From Pseudomonadota bacterium (lineage in GTDB: Bacteria; Pseudomonadota; Gammaproteobacteria; QQUJ01): DNA of 64,000 nt. The notes under the pieces were generated by a model. It did no database searches, had not been told where the DNA came from, and worked only from the letters and a program-made list of their open reading frames with translations. The DNA lies in NCBI GenBank assembly GCA_008501635.1, contig QQUJ01000004.1, forward strand, positions 3,085 through 67,084, given 5' to 3'. The position numbers and the translations under genes were made by a program. Positions 19,439 to 29,027 of this stretch are shown here, in pieces. Every line of letters starts with the position of its first letter. The stretch's first letter is position 1.

Positions 19439-20239
19439 TCATCGACTCGCGTCGGATGGGGCAGGGGCAGCCGCCTCGTCGGTCGCGTCGTTCCACTGTA
19501 TCGCCTGGTAGTCGAATCCCGAGTCGAGGGTGGGTTTGACAATCTGGAAATAGGGCGACAGATCGAAATCACGCGGTGCAAACAGGCTGTGATGCCGGAT
19601 GCGGTAGATTTCGCGGCGCATACGCCTCCCCCGCAGATTGTCGGGACAGCGCTCGACACCCGGCAGGATAGGGTAGCGAACCCGTTGGAAGGCTTGGGCA
19701 ATCAGGCTGGAGCAAATAGCCCGCGTTGGATCACCGCTGCCGAGCGCCAACATGCCGCGCCGATGGCGACTCGGCACCGGCGGGAGCGGCAACAGGTAGC
19801 GCATCAGATCGACGACGTTTTTCAGATCGTATTGCATGCCAAGGCTCTCGACCATGGATTGGACCACCTCGCGGCGATCGCTTTCGCTTAATCCCACGGG
19901 TCGGCAGACGCGGGTATTGAACGAATGGTATTTGCTGAGGGGGACGGCGATCACACCCTGCTCGATATCGGCCTCGATCAGCATGCCAAACCCCGCATTG
20001 CCCGGCGGCGGCGCCACGGCGTCGCCCACATAGAGCGCGGCGTGCGACCATGTCGATTGCGTCAAATACTTGATGGCGGTGCTGATGCGCAGTTCGCCCT
20101 CTACCAGCAACACATCAGCGGGTTGGAGGATGCGCTCCAATGTATCGGGGTCATGCACAGAAAATGCGTGATGACCGGCAACGGGCTGCGTGAGGTACCG
20201 CGCCAGCCAACGACCGATCGCCGTCAAAGGCCTGTTCAC
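19439..20239 (-). CDS. YiiX/YebB-like permuted papain-fold (NlpC/P60-related) protein
   Basis: 266 aa. ADVLLVEG...STWSHAALYVG pattern typical of the DUF830/YiiX family. Apparent GTG start. Confidence 0.4.
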   Translation of the reverse strand: MNRPLTAIGRWLARYLTQPVAGHHAFSVHDPDTLERILQPADVLLVEGELRISTAIKYLTQSTWSHAALYVGDAVAPPPGNAGFGMLIEADIEQGVIAVPLSKYHSFNTRVCRPVGLSESDRREVVQSMVESLGMQYDLKNVVDLMRYLLPLPPVPSRHRRGMLALGSGDPTRAICSSLIAQAFQRVRYPILPGVERCPDNLRGRRMRREIYRIRHHSLFAPRDFDLSPYFQIVKPTLDSGFDYQAIQWNDATDEAAAPAPSDASR

Positions 20240-20291
20240 CTCTCAAGCCTCAGCCAGGGTGATAGCCTTCGTTGCACAGTTCGATCCCCCA

Positions 20292-21926
20292 TCAACGTCT
20301 CAGCAATTCCACCAACGTCCGGGTCGAGACATCGTGATCCGCCCCGGTCGACTCACCGGACAACTCACGCAACAGGGTAGCCGCCAGCTGCTTGCCCAGC
20401 TCCACGCCCCACTGGTCGAAAGGATTGAGATTCCAGATCACCGACTGGACGAATACCTTGTGCTCGTAGAGCGCGATGAGCATACCGAGGGTGTGCGGAT
20501 CGAGTGCGCGATAGAGCAGTGTCGAACTGGGCTGGTTGCCGGGAAACAGCTTGTAGGGCAGCAACCGTTCCAACGCGGCATCACTCAAGCCGGCCTGGGA
20601 GAGCTCGATTCGCGCTTCGGCTTCGCTTTTGCCGCGCATCAGGGCCTCGCTCTGCGACAGGCAGTTGGCGATCAGCTTCTGCTGGTGATCCCCCAGCGGG
20701 TAGGCGCTCTCCGCCGCCAGCAGAAAATCGGTTGGGATCAGGCGCGTGCCCTGGTGCAGCAGTTGGAAAAAGGCGTGCTGTCCGTTGGTGCCCGGTTCGC
20801 CCCAGATGATCGGGCAGGTCGCATAATCGACAAGCTCGCCGTCGCGATCCACGCATTTGCCGTTACTCTCCATCTCCAGCTGCTGCAGATAGGCGGGCAG
20901 CCGCGCCAGGCGTTGCTCGTAGGGGAACACGGCGTGGGTCTCGGCGCCGAAGAAGTTCGTGTACCAGACACCGAGCAGCGCCATGAGTACCGGCAGGTTC
21001 CGTTCCAGGGGGGCGCTGCGGAAATGCTCGTCCACCGCGTACGCTCCGGCGAGCAGTTCCTCGAAGCGCTCCATGCCCACGTAGAGCGCAATGGGCAGGC
21101 CAATGGCCGACCACAGCGAGTAGCGCCCGCCCACCCAATCCCAGAAGGCGAACATGTTGGCGGTATCGATACCGAACTCACGCACCCCCGCCGTGTTGGT
21201 CGAAATCGCGACGAAGTGCCTGGCCACCGCGCGCTCGTCGCCGAGCCTTTCCACCAGCCATCGCCGCGCCGTATGGGCGTTGGTCAGCGTCTCCTGCGTG
21301 GTAAAGGTCTTGGAGGCGATGACGAACAGGGTGCGTTCCGGATCGAGGTGCTTCAGCGTTGCCCCGATGTGCGCGCCATCGACATTGGAGACGAAGTGCG
21401 CCCGCAGGTGCGCCGCGGCGTAAGGTTCGAGCGCGGCGCACACCATTTGCGGTCCGAGATCGGATCCGCCGATACCGATGTTCACCACATCGGCGACCGG
21501 CTTGCCGGTATGGCCGCGCCAGGCCCCCGCGCGCAACTGACCCGTAAACTCGCGCATCTGCGCAAACACGCGGCGCACCGCAGGCATCACGTCTTCGCCA
21601 TCGACGGCATAGGGCCGATCCGAGCGGTTGCGCAGCGCCATGTGCAGAGCCGCGCGTTGTTCGGTGTGATTGATTCGCTCGCCGTTGAAGAATCTTTCTA
21701 TCCAGCGCGGCAACTCGCGCGCCTCGGCCAGCGCGACGAGCATCCCGAGCGTGTCGCGGGTGATTCGGTGCTTGGAGTAGTCGAACAGCAGATCGCCCAA
21801 CGACAGGGAGAAACGTTGGAACCGATCGGGATCCTCGGCGAACAGATCGCGCATGTGCACGGTGGCGATGTCGCGCTTATGCGCGAGTAGCGCCTTCCAT
21901 GCCGGGGATTGCGTCAAAGCCGTCAT
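20292..21926 (-). CDS. pgi: Glucose-6-phosphate isomerase
   Basis: 545 aa from [16 protein letters not shown]. Full-length collinearity with bacterial Pgi. Divergent from glgA. Confidence 0.9.
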   Translation of the reverse strand: MTALTQSPAWKALLAHKRDIATVHMRDLFAEDPDRFQRFSLSLGDLLFDYSKHRITRDTLGMLVALAEARELPRWIERFFNGERINHTEQRAALHMALRNRSDRPYAVDGEDVMPAVRRVFAQMREFTGQLRAGAWRGHTGKPVADVVNIGIGGSDLGPQMVCAALEPYAAAHLRAHFVSNVDGAHIGATLKHLDPERTLFVIASKTFTTQETLTNAHTARRWLVERLGDERAVARHFVAISTNTAGVREFGIDTANMFAFWDWVGGRYSLWSAIGLPIALYVGMERFEELLAGAYAVDEHFRSAPLERNLPVLMALLGVWYTNFFGAETHAVFPYEQRLARLPAYLQQLEMESNGKCVDRDGELVDYATCPIIWGEPGTNGQHAFFQLLHQGTRLIPTDFLLAAESAYPLGDHQQKLIANCLSQSEALMRGKSEAEARIELSQAGLSDAALERLLPYKLFPGNQPSSTLLYRALDPHTLGMLIALYEHKVFVQSVIWNLNPFDQWGVELGKQLAATLLRELSGESTGADHDVSTRTLVELLRR

Positions 21927-22071
21927 GCTCTGCCCGTTGCATTGTTGGGGTGTGCTGGGAGGCGATCCTAGCATCCGATCCCGATGAATACGAACCGCGA
22001 AATAGAGGCGGCCTGCATCCGTTTACGCGCAGCTTCGGTTATAGTGGCTGCGGGCGACCAACGACCTTTCC

Positions 22072-23538
22072 ATGAAAATCCTATTCGTCACCAGCGAAGC
22101 GCACCCCCTGATCAAGACCGGCGGTCTCGCCGACGTCTCTGGGGCGCTGCCCAAAGCGTTGCGGCAACTGCGCAACGACGTGCGCCTGCTGCTGCCCGCC
22201 TACCCCCAGGTCAAGGAGCGCGCCGGGAAGCTGCGCCCGGTGGCGACGCTGCAGGTGCCGACCAGCGATGAGCCGGTCGCGGTGCTGAAGGGGCGCCTGC
22301 CGGGCTCGTCGGTGCCCCTCTATCTGGTGGAAGCGCCGGCTTACTTCGACCGGATCGGCAACCCCTACACCGCCGCGGACGGCAGCGGCTGGCCCGATAA
22401 TCCGCTACGCTTCGCCCTGTTCGCTCGGGTTGCCGCACTCCTCGCCCGGGACCAGGCCGGCCTCGACTGGCAACCGGATATCGTGCATTGTCACGATTGG
22501 CAAGCGGGGTTGGTGCCCGCGCTGTTGAGCCTGGAGACTCAGCGACCGCGTAGCGTCTTCACCATTCACAATCTCGCCTACCAGGGGATCTATCCGGCCC
22601 AGTGGCTGACGGAGCTGCAACTGCCGAGCGCCCTGTGGTCCATCGACGGGCTGGAATTTCACGACCACCTGAGTTTCATCAAGGGCGGGATCGCGTTCGC
22701 CGATGCGGTCACCACCGTGAGCCCCACCTACGCCCGCGAAATCTGCCACGCCGCCTTCGGCTACGGGCTGGAGGGACTGCTGCGCAGCCGTGCCGAACAC
22801 CTGCACGGTATCCTCAACGGCGTCGATTATTCACAGTGGAATCCCCGGGACGATCCCCATCTCCCGGCTCACTACAGCGCCGAACAACTGGCCGGCAAGA
22901 GTGTGTGCAAGGCAGCGCTGCAGGAGGAACTGGGCCTGCCGGTGGCCGCGCAGACTCCCCTGTTGGCGCATATCGGGCGCCTGGTGGAGCAAAAGGGTGT
23001 CGATCTGATTCTTGAAGCCCTGGATGCCCTGCCCGAGAGCGTCGAATTTCAACTGGCCATCCTCGGCAGCGGTGAGCGCTGGCTGGAGCTGGCCCTGCTC
23101 GAGGCCGCGCGCCTGCACCCCGAGCGCGTCGCGATCCGGATCGGCTACGACGAGGGACTGGCCCACCGCATCGAGGCGGGCGCCGATATCTTCCTCATGC
23201 CATCGCGCTTCGAGCCGTGCGGGCTCAATCAGATCTACAGCCTGCGTTACGGCACCGTGCCCGTGGTTCATCGGGTGGGCGGATTGGCCGACAGCGTCGT
23301 CGACGCCATCGACCACACCCTGGCCTCGGGTATCGCCACCGGGTTCGTCTTTGATCACGCCGATGCCTTCGATCTGCGAATGGCGGTACAACGCGCCCTG
23401 ACCCTCTATCGCGATCCGAAAGCGTGGCGTAAGCTGATGCTGAGCGGCATGGCGCAGGATTTCAGTTGGACCCGCAGTGCCCGCCAGTACGCTGCGCTCT
23501 ATCGCAGCCTTTTGGAATCCAAAACACCCCTGTCATAA
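22072..23538 (+). CDS. glgA: Glycogen synthase (ADP-glucose type)
   Basis: MKILFVTSEAHPLIKTGGLADV N-terminus and KTGGL motif. 488 aa. Confidence 0.9.
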   Translation: MKILFVTSEAHPLIKTGGLADVSGALPKALRQLRNDVRLLLPAYPQVKERAGKLRPVATLQVPTSDEPVAVLKGRLPGSSVPLYLVEAPAYFDRIGNPYTAADGSGWPDNPLRFALFARVAALLARDQAGLDWQPDIVHCHDWQAGLVPALLSLETQRPRSVFTIHNLAYQGIYPAQWLTELQLPSALWSIDGLEFHDHLSFIKGGIAFADAVTTVSPTYAREICHAAFGYGLEGLLRSRAEHLHGILNGVDYSQWNPRDDPHLPAHYSAEQLAGKSVCKAALQEELGLPVAAQTPLLAHIGRLVEQKGVDLILEALDALPESVEFQLAILGSGERWLELALLEAARLHPERVAIRIGYDEGLAHRIEAGADIFLMPSRFEPCGLNQIYSLRYGTVPVVHRVGGLADSVVDAIDHTLASGIATGFVFDHADAFDLRMAVQRALTLYRDPKAWRKLMLSGMAQDFSWTRSARQYAALYRSLLESKTPLS

Positions 23539-23587
23539 GAAGTCCGAAAAAAAAGGGAGCACGATTCGACGCAAGGAGGAGAGAGTC

Positions 23588-23797
23588 ATGAACATGGCGG
23601 AGATTCGGGCCATCGCCCAATCCAGAGCTATTCGACCCCTGCCCAAATCCAAACTGGCGCTGGTGCGCGCCATTCAGGTCAGCGAAGGCAACTTTCCGTG
23701 TTTCGGAACGGCCAGCGCGGGCCGTTGCGATCAAAGCCAGTGCCTGTGGCGCGAGGACTGTTTCAAACTCACGCACGTCTCTTCGCCGGCGCAATAA
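23588..23797 (+). CDS. Small Rho_N-like domain protein with C-terminal Cys cluster
   Basis: 69 aa. Strong RBS AAGGAGGAGAGAG before ATG at 23588. IRAIAQSRAIRPLPKSKLALVRAI resembles the Rho N-terminal helical motif. C-terminal CFGTASAGRCDQSQCLWREDC. Confidence 0.45.
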   Translation: MNMAEIRAIAQSRAIRPLPKSKLALVRAIQVSEGNFPCFGTASAGRCDQSQCLWREDCFKLTHVSSPAQ

Positions 23798-23830
23798 AAA
23801 GGCCTGCCTCGAGGGGCAGGCCTCTTTACA
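23796..23830. terminator. Hairpin terminator shared by the convergent small gene and panD
   Basis: aggcctgcc-tcgagg-ggcaggcct 9-bp stem, with TTTTTATTG on the panD-sense side. Confidence 0.5.
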
Positions 23831-23846
23831 GGCCGGACTGTTTTGT

Positions 23847-24227
23847 TCAGGCGACCTGAGCGGGAATCGCGTTGCTCTGGCGTGCGATCTCGTTGCGCTC
23901 GTTGCAATAGACCAGACGCGGCTTGTGGTTCAGCAGCTCCTGCTGATTGAGCTGGGCGTAGACGCAGATGATCACCCGATCGCCAGGACTTGCCTTGTGG
24001 GCCGCCGCGCCATTGACCGAGATGATCCCGGAACCCGCCTCGCCGCGGATCGCGTAGGTACTGAACCGCTCGCCGTTGGCCAGATTGTAGATGTGCAGCA
24101 TCTCGTATTCGTGGATGCCCGCGGCCTCCATCAGGTCACTGTCGATGGCGCACGAGCCCTCGTACTCCAGCTCCGCGTGGGTCACCCGCGCCTGATGAAG
24201 TTTGGATTTCAGTAGCGTCACTATCAT
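23847..24227 (-). CDS. panD: Aspartate 1-decarboxylase
   Basis: 126 aa, [32 protein letters not shown] (pyruvoyl-forming G-S site). Confidence 0.9.
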   Translation of the reverse strand: MIVTLLKSKLHQARVTHAELEYEGSCAIDSDLMEAAGIHEYEMLHIYNLANGERFSTYAIRGEAGSGIISVNGAAAHKASPGDRVIICVYAQLNQQELLNHKPRLVYCNERNEIARQSNAIPAQVA

Positions 24228-24266
24228 ATCGGCATTGCTCCCCGGTTTGAGTTGCTCGCCCGCCGC

Positions 24267-25118
24267 TCAGGGGATCTGTACCGGCAGGTTGTCGATCAGG
24301 CGCGCGCCGCCTATATGAGCAGCGGTGAGCACCACCAAATCCTTGTCTTCAGGCGCGGGCAGATCGAGATCCACCGAACGGCGCACGGCGTAGTAGTCGG
24401 GACGGAAACCCACGCTCTGCAACGCCGCCGCGCCTTCGGCCTCCAGGGCGGCGAAATCACGCTCCCCGGCCAGCAGGCGCTGGGCGGTGTGGCGCAGGCA
24501 GCGATTGATCGCCGTCGCCGTCTGCCGATCTTCCGCCGACAGATAGGCATTGCGCGAACTCATGGCCAGCCCGTCGGGCTCGCGCACCGTCGTCACCCCC
24601 TCGATGGCCACCGGCAGGTGCAGATCGACCACCAGGTGGCGAATCACCAGCAACTGCTGAAAATCCTTGGTGCCGAAGACCGCCACATCGGGCTGCACCA
24701 TGCCGAACAGTTTGGTCACCACCGTTGCCACGCCGGCGAAGTGATGGGGGCGAAACGAACCGCACAATTCGTCGGAGAGCCCCGGCACCTCCACGCGGGT
24801 GCGCATCGCGGTGCCTTCGGGATAGACCTCTTCCACCGAGGGCGCGAAGATCAGATCGGTACCGCGTGGTTCCAGTTTTGCGCTATCGCTTTCGAGCGTA
24901 CGGGGATAGCGCGCAAAGTCTTCATTGGGGCTGAATTGAGTCGGATTGACGAAAATGCTCACCACCACCCGATCGGCCAGCGCACGGGCACGATCGACCA
25001 GTTGCAGGTGCCCCTCGTGCAGATTCCCCATGGTTGGCACCAGTGCCACCCGCTGACCGGCGGTGCGCCACCCGGCCACCGCCGCCCTGAGATCGGCGAC
25101 TGTAGTTACCGTTTGCAT
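24267..25118 (-). CDS. panC: Pantoate-beta-alanine ligase
   Basis: Start [10 protein letters not shown] at 25118 (ATGA overlap with the panB stop). PTMGNLHEGHLQL HIGH-type motif. Confidence 0.9.
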   Translation of the reverse strand: MQTVTTVADLRAAVAGWRTAGQRVALVPTMGNLHEGHLQLVDRARALADRVVVSIFVNPTQFSPNEDFARYPRTLESDSAKLEPRGTDLIFAPSVEEVYPEGTAMRTRVEVPGLSDELCGSFRPHHFAGVATVVTKLFGMVQPDVAVFGTKDFQQLLVIRHLVVDLHLPVAIEGVTTVREPDGLAMSSRNAYLSAEDRQTATAINRCLRHTAQRLLAGERDFAALEAEGAAALQSVGFRPDYYAVRRSVDLDLPAPEDKDLVVLTAAHIGGARLIDNLPVQIP

Positions 25119-25939
25119 CACTCGAAGCTGTGTTCTGGTGCCGGGAAGGTACCGTTCTTGACGGCAGTGACGTAGGCGCGCACCGCGGCGCCGATATCGC
25201 CCGTGTCGACCATGAAGTCTTTGACGAAGCTCGGTTTGCGGCCGAAGGTGATGCCCAGCATGTCGTAGAGCACCAGAATCTGACCGTCGGTTTCGGGACC
25301 GGCGCCGATGCCGATGACCGGAATGGAAAGCGTCTGGGTAATCTCCGCAGCGAGTGCGGTGGGAACGCACTCCAGCAGCAGGATATCGGCACCGACATTC
25401 TGCAGCGCAATGGCATCGGCGACCATGGCGCGCGCCGCATCGGTCTCGCGGCCCTGTACCCGGTAACCACCGAGCTTATGGATCAGTTGGGGCTGGAGAC
25501 CGATATGCGCGCAGACCGGAATGCCCCTGGCCGCGAGTTCACGCACGGTTTCGACCTGAATCGCCGCTCCCTCGAGCTTGACCATCTGCGCCCCGCCCTC
25601 GCGCATCAGCCGCGCGGCATTGTGGATCGCCTGCTCGGGGGTGGCGTAGGTCATGAAGGGCATATCGGCCATCAACAGGGCGTTTTGCCGTGCCCTGGCC
25701 ACGCACTGCGTGTGGTAGATGATCTCTTCGATGGTGACCGGCACCGTGGTCTCGTACCCCTGCACCACCATGCCCAGGGAATCGCCGACCAGGATCACCT
25801 CGACACCGGCCGCCTCCAACTGAGCAGCGAAACTGGCGTCGTAGGCCGTCAGGCAGGCGAACTTCTCCCCGGCCTGTTTGATCTTGGCCAACCGTGAGAC
25901 GGTCACTGCCGAATTCTTCTGTTCCGCGTGCGAACTCAT
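25118..25939 (-). CDS. panB: 3-methyl-2-oxobutanoate hydroxymethyltransferase
   Basis: [33 protein letters not shown] core. Start at MSSHAE. Confidence 0.9.
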   Translation of the reverse strand: MSSHAEQKNSAVTVSRLAKIKQAGEKFACLTAYDASFAAQLEAAGVEVILVGDSLGMVVQGYETTVPVTIEEIIYHTQCVARARQNALLMADMPFMTYATPEQAIHNAARLMREGGAQMVKLEGAAIQVETVRELAARGIPVCAHIGLQPQLIHKLGGYRVQGRETDAARAMVADAIALQNVGADILLLECVPTALAAEITQTLSIPVIGIGAGPETDGQILVLYDMLGITFGRKPSFVKDFMVDTGDIGAAVRAYVTAVKNGTFPAPEHSFE

Positions 25940-26181
25940 AACCACCCGCCAAAGGGAAAGGCGCGTATTATAACGCGCCCTTGGTTTAAACCAGCGTCAG
26001 TTTTTTGCAGTGCACCACAGCAATCCGTGGCGGTCAAGCGCCGACAGCCGGGAGCTGCAAGAACCGGAAATAAAAACTTCCCGCCATGATGCTCGTGCCA
26101 GGTCACTGAGAACACAGAAAAATAAACAAAGCATTTCAAGTGGTTACTCTTTAATCAGACGAGAAATCTTTGAGTGGTGCG

Positions 26182-26844
26182 TTACAGCGCAATCGGGGCG
26201 GGATTGAAATAGTGACGTCCGCTGCGGATCCCGCGGATCTGCTGCAAGAGCTGTTCATAGTCGCGATCGTTATTGACCAGATCGATGCCGGCCGCGTTGA
26301 CAATCAGCAGCGGCGACGCGTCGTAGTGGTAGAAAAACCGGGTGTAAGTCTCCGACAGGCGCGTCAGGTAGCCCGCATCGATCGCCCGCTCGGAGCGTCG
26401 GCCGCGTTGGGCGATGCGTCGCGCCAGCACGTCCACGGGAGCCTGCAGATAGATCACCAGATCGGGGATCGGCGCGTCGATCTCGACCCGCTCGTAGACC
26501 TGTTCGTAGAGCCGCAGCTCATTTTCGTCGAGGGTCAGCTGAGCGAAGAGCCGGTCCTTTTCCAACATGAAATCGGCGACGAACGAGGGGCGGAACAGAT
26601 CCGATTGGCGCAGCGCCTGGACCTGTTGGGACCGGGTGAAGAGAAACTGCAGTTGCACCGCCAGCGCAGCACTGCGCGGATCCTGGTAGAAGCGCTCGAG
26701 AAAGGGGTTGTCGTCGACGTTCTCCAGCAGCGGGTCGGACTCGTAAGTCTCGGCCAGACGCCGCGCCAGGCTGGTTTTGCCCACACCGACAGGCCCTTCG
26801 ACAACGATATAGTGTGGTTGCTCTTTGGCAATCATGCTGGTCAT
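26182..26844 (-). CDS. Deoxynucleoside kinase family protein
   Basis: P-loop VVEGPVGVGKTS, dNK-family motifs, downstream of folK as in many gammaproteobacteria. Confidence 0.65.
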   Translation of the reverse strand: MTSMIAKEQPHYIVVEGPVGVGKTSLARRLAETYESDPLLENVDDNPFLERFYQDPRSAALAVQLQFLFTRSQQVQALRQSDLFRPSFVADFMLEKDRLFAQLTLDENELRLYEQVYERVEIDAPIPDLVIYLQAPVDVLARRIAQRGRRSERAIDAGYLTRLSETYTRFFYHYDASPLLIVNAAGIDLVNNDRDYEQLLQQIRGIRSGRHYFNPAPIAL

Positions 26845-27350
26845 TCGGATCCATCAACGCGTTGCAGTCCGTCCGCTGGAACCCGCTCCAACAGATCGGA
26901 AATTCGCTCGCCCCCGGGGAGCGCCAACGTCGGCGCAATCTCGTGCAGAGGATACAAGATGAAGGCGCGTTCGCGCAGCCCCGGATGCGGAACAGTGAGC
27001 CTTGGATTGCCAATGACCGCATCGCCATAGAGCAGCAGATCGAGATCCAGCGTGCGCGGCCCCCAGCGCACCCCGGTGCGTTCGCGGCCGAAACGGAGTT
27101 CGATGCGCTGCAACCCCGCCAGCAGGGCATCCGCCGGGAGCCCGGTAAACAGCTCTGCGACCGCGTTGTGGTAGTCGGGTTGATCCTGCGGTCCCAGCGG
27201 GGCGCTACGGTAGAGGCCGGAACAGGCGCCCAGATCGATCTGCGGCCACTCGCGCAGTGCCGCGATCGCAGCGTGCAGCGTGGCCGCCGCGTCGCCCAGG
27301 TTGCCGCCCAATCCGACAAAGGCGCGTACTCGCCGAACGCGTGGACTCAT
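26841..27350 (-). CDS. folK: 2-amino-4-hydroxy-6-hydroxymethyldihydropteridine pyrophosphokinase
   Basis: Start MSPRVRRVRAFVGLGGNLGD at 27350, overlapping the pcnB stop. HPPK motifs (GPRTLDLDLLLYGD). Confidence 0.85.
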   Translation of the reverse strand: MSPRVRRVRAFVGLGGNLGDAAATLHAAIAALREWPQIDLGACSGLYRSAPLGPQDQPDYHNAVAELFTGLPADALLAGLQRIELRFGRERTGVRWGPRTLDLDLLLYGDAVIGNPRLTVPHPGLRERAFILYPLHEIAPTLALPGGERISDLLERVPADGLQRVDGSE

Positions 27351-28666
27351 GCCTCGCCGGAGGGTGTGTCGGAGGATTTTCGCCGGCGTGACCGGCGCCG
27401 CGGTTTGCGCCGCGGCGTGCTCAGCTTGTCGACCATCCCTTGTTGATCGGTATGATCGCCTTCCTGGAAGCGCGTCCACCACTCCGCCATCGCAGGCTCG
27501 ATTTCTCCCGACTCGGCGCGCAGCAGCAGGAAGTCGTAGCCCGCCCGAAAGCGCGGATGAGCTGCCAGCCGCCAGGCACGCTTGCCCCCCGGCCGTGCCA
27601 ATCGCCACTGCAACTGCCAGATCTCGCGCATCGGCACGGAAAACCGGCGCGGAATGGACACCCGCTCGATCTGCCGTGCCAGCACCTCGTCCGCGGCCTG
27701 CTGCGTCGCCACCTGCTCATCCGCACCCTCCGTTCGCAATTGGGCCGCGCGCTCGCGCACCGGCTCCCACAGCAATGCGGCGAAGAGAAACGCCGGCGTC
27801 ACCGGCTTGCCCTCGGCGATACGATTGTCGGTATTCTCCAGGGCGCGTGCCACGAAAGTGATGGGGAACCCCTTCTCCTCGTGGGCGAGACTGCGCTCGG
27901 TTTGCGGGAACAGGTGGGCGAAGAGCCCGTAGTGACGCAGCTTCTCGAAGGTCTGCACAGCATAGCCGCCGAGAAAGATCTTCAATACCTCTTCAAAGAG
28001 ACGCGCGGGCGGGATTTCAAGCAGCAGCGATGCCAGGCGGGCGATCGGTGCTTCGGTACCGGGGTGGATGATGAAACCCAACTTGGCGGCAAAGCGCACC
28101 GCACGCAGCATGCGCACCGGGTCCTCACGATAGCGCTGTTCGGGATCGCCGATCAGGCGTAACACGCCGTCGTTGAGATCGGCCATTCCACCGACATAAT
28201 CCACAACCGAGAAGTCATCGACATTGTAGAAGAGCGCATTGACCGTGAAATCACGGCGCCACGCGTCTTCTTCGATGGTGCCGAAAACGTTATCACGCAG
28301 AATGCGGCCGTTCTCTATCTCCCGCTCTTCCGATTCCTCATCGGCATCATCCCCTTGTTCGTGCAAAGCGCGGAAGGTCGCCACTTCGATGACCTCATTG
28401 CGAAAGCGCACGTGCGCGAGGCGAAAACGCCGCCCGATCAGACGGCAATTGCGGAACAGCTCGCGTATCTCCTCCGGCCTGGCGTCGGTGGCGATATCGA
28501 AATCCTTGGGCTCCCGTCCCAGCAGCAGGTCACGGACACCGCCACCGACCAGATATCCCTGATACCCGGCGCCGCGCAACCGATAGAGCACCTTGAGGGA
28601 GTTTTCGCTGATATTGGCCCGCGAAACGATGTGTTCGGATCGCGAAATGATGAGTGGTTCGGAAAT
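27347..28666 (-). CDS. pcnB: Poly(A) polymerase I, probably initiating at a non-ATG (AUU) codon
   Basis: LVGGGVRDLLLGREPKDFD nucleotidyltransferase core. The conserved ISENSLKVLYRL segment lies upstream of the first in-frame ATG/GTG (28591). An in-frame ATT at 28666 is preceded by GGAGG plus a 6-nt spacer, as for the E. coli pcnB AUU start. Confidence 0.75.
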   Translation of the reverse strand: MSEPLIISRSEHIVSRANISENSLKVLYRLRGAGYQGYLVGGGVRDLLLGREPKDFDIATDARPEEIRELFRNCRLIGRRFRLAHVRFRNEVIEVATFRALHEQGDDADEESEEREIENGRILRDNVFGTIEEDAWRRDFTVNALFYNVDDFSVVDYVGGMADLNDGVLRLIGDPEQRYREDPVRMLRAVRFAAKLGFIIHPGTEAPIARLASLLLEIPPARLFEEVLKIFLGGYAVQTFEKLRHYGLFAHLFPQTERSLAHEEKGFPITFVARALENTDNRIAEGKPVTPAFLFAALLWEPVRERAAQLRTEGADEQVATQQAADEVLARQIERVSIPRRFSVPMREIWQLQWRLARPGGKRAWRLAAHPRFRAGYDFLLLRAESGEIEPAMAEWWTRFQEGDHTDQQGMVDKLSTPRRKPRRRSRRRKSSDTPSGEA

Positions 28667-28805
28667 CGTGCACCTCCGGCAGCGTTGGCGAGAGCGTAGC
28701 GGTAACGTGTCAGCCCAGGAGGCTCGACCATGTTCACAGGGGGGTAAAGTGCGCGTATACTACCACGCGCTCAAAGCCTCCCGCAGTTGGAGGCGATTTC
28801 TTTTT

Positions 28806-28881
28806 AGCTCCCTTCGTCTAGTGGTCTAGGACGCTGGCCTCTCACGTCGGTAACAGGGGTTCGAGTCCCCTAGGGAGCGCC
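28806..28881 (+). tRNA. tRNA-Glu (anticodon CUC)
   Basis: 76 nt, GCTCCCTTCGTCTAGTGGTCTAGGAC...GGTTCGAGTCCCCTAGGGAGCGCCA. Collinear with E. coli tRNA-Glu. Anticodon loop CCTCTCA. Confidence 0.85.
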
Positions 28882-28888
28882 ATCTGAT

Positions 28889-28929
28889 GAGGGCGGAGCC
28901 ACACTGTGGCTGCCGCCCTTCTCTTTGGA
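28889..28929 (+). terminator. Intrinsic terminator after tRNA-Glu
   Basis: gggcggagccacactgtggctgccgccc hairpin followed by TTCTCTTTGG. Confidence 0.45.
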
Positions 28930-29027
28930 TCCGCCCTTTTTCTTCGCAAGTCGTTCGATAATGGCTAGGCTTATGCAACAGGTAGCGACTTCCAACAGCC
29001 TCAAATGAATCCGGACCGCCCATCGCC

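Noticed and set aside
28806-28820. Similarity between the 5' end of tRNA-Glu (TCCCTTCGTC) and the 17-bp direct repeat at 8547 and 10317
   Set aside because: Only about 10 nt shared. Integration normally targets tRNA 3' ends. Judged coincidental.
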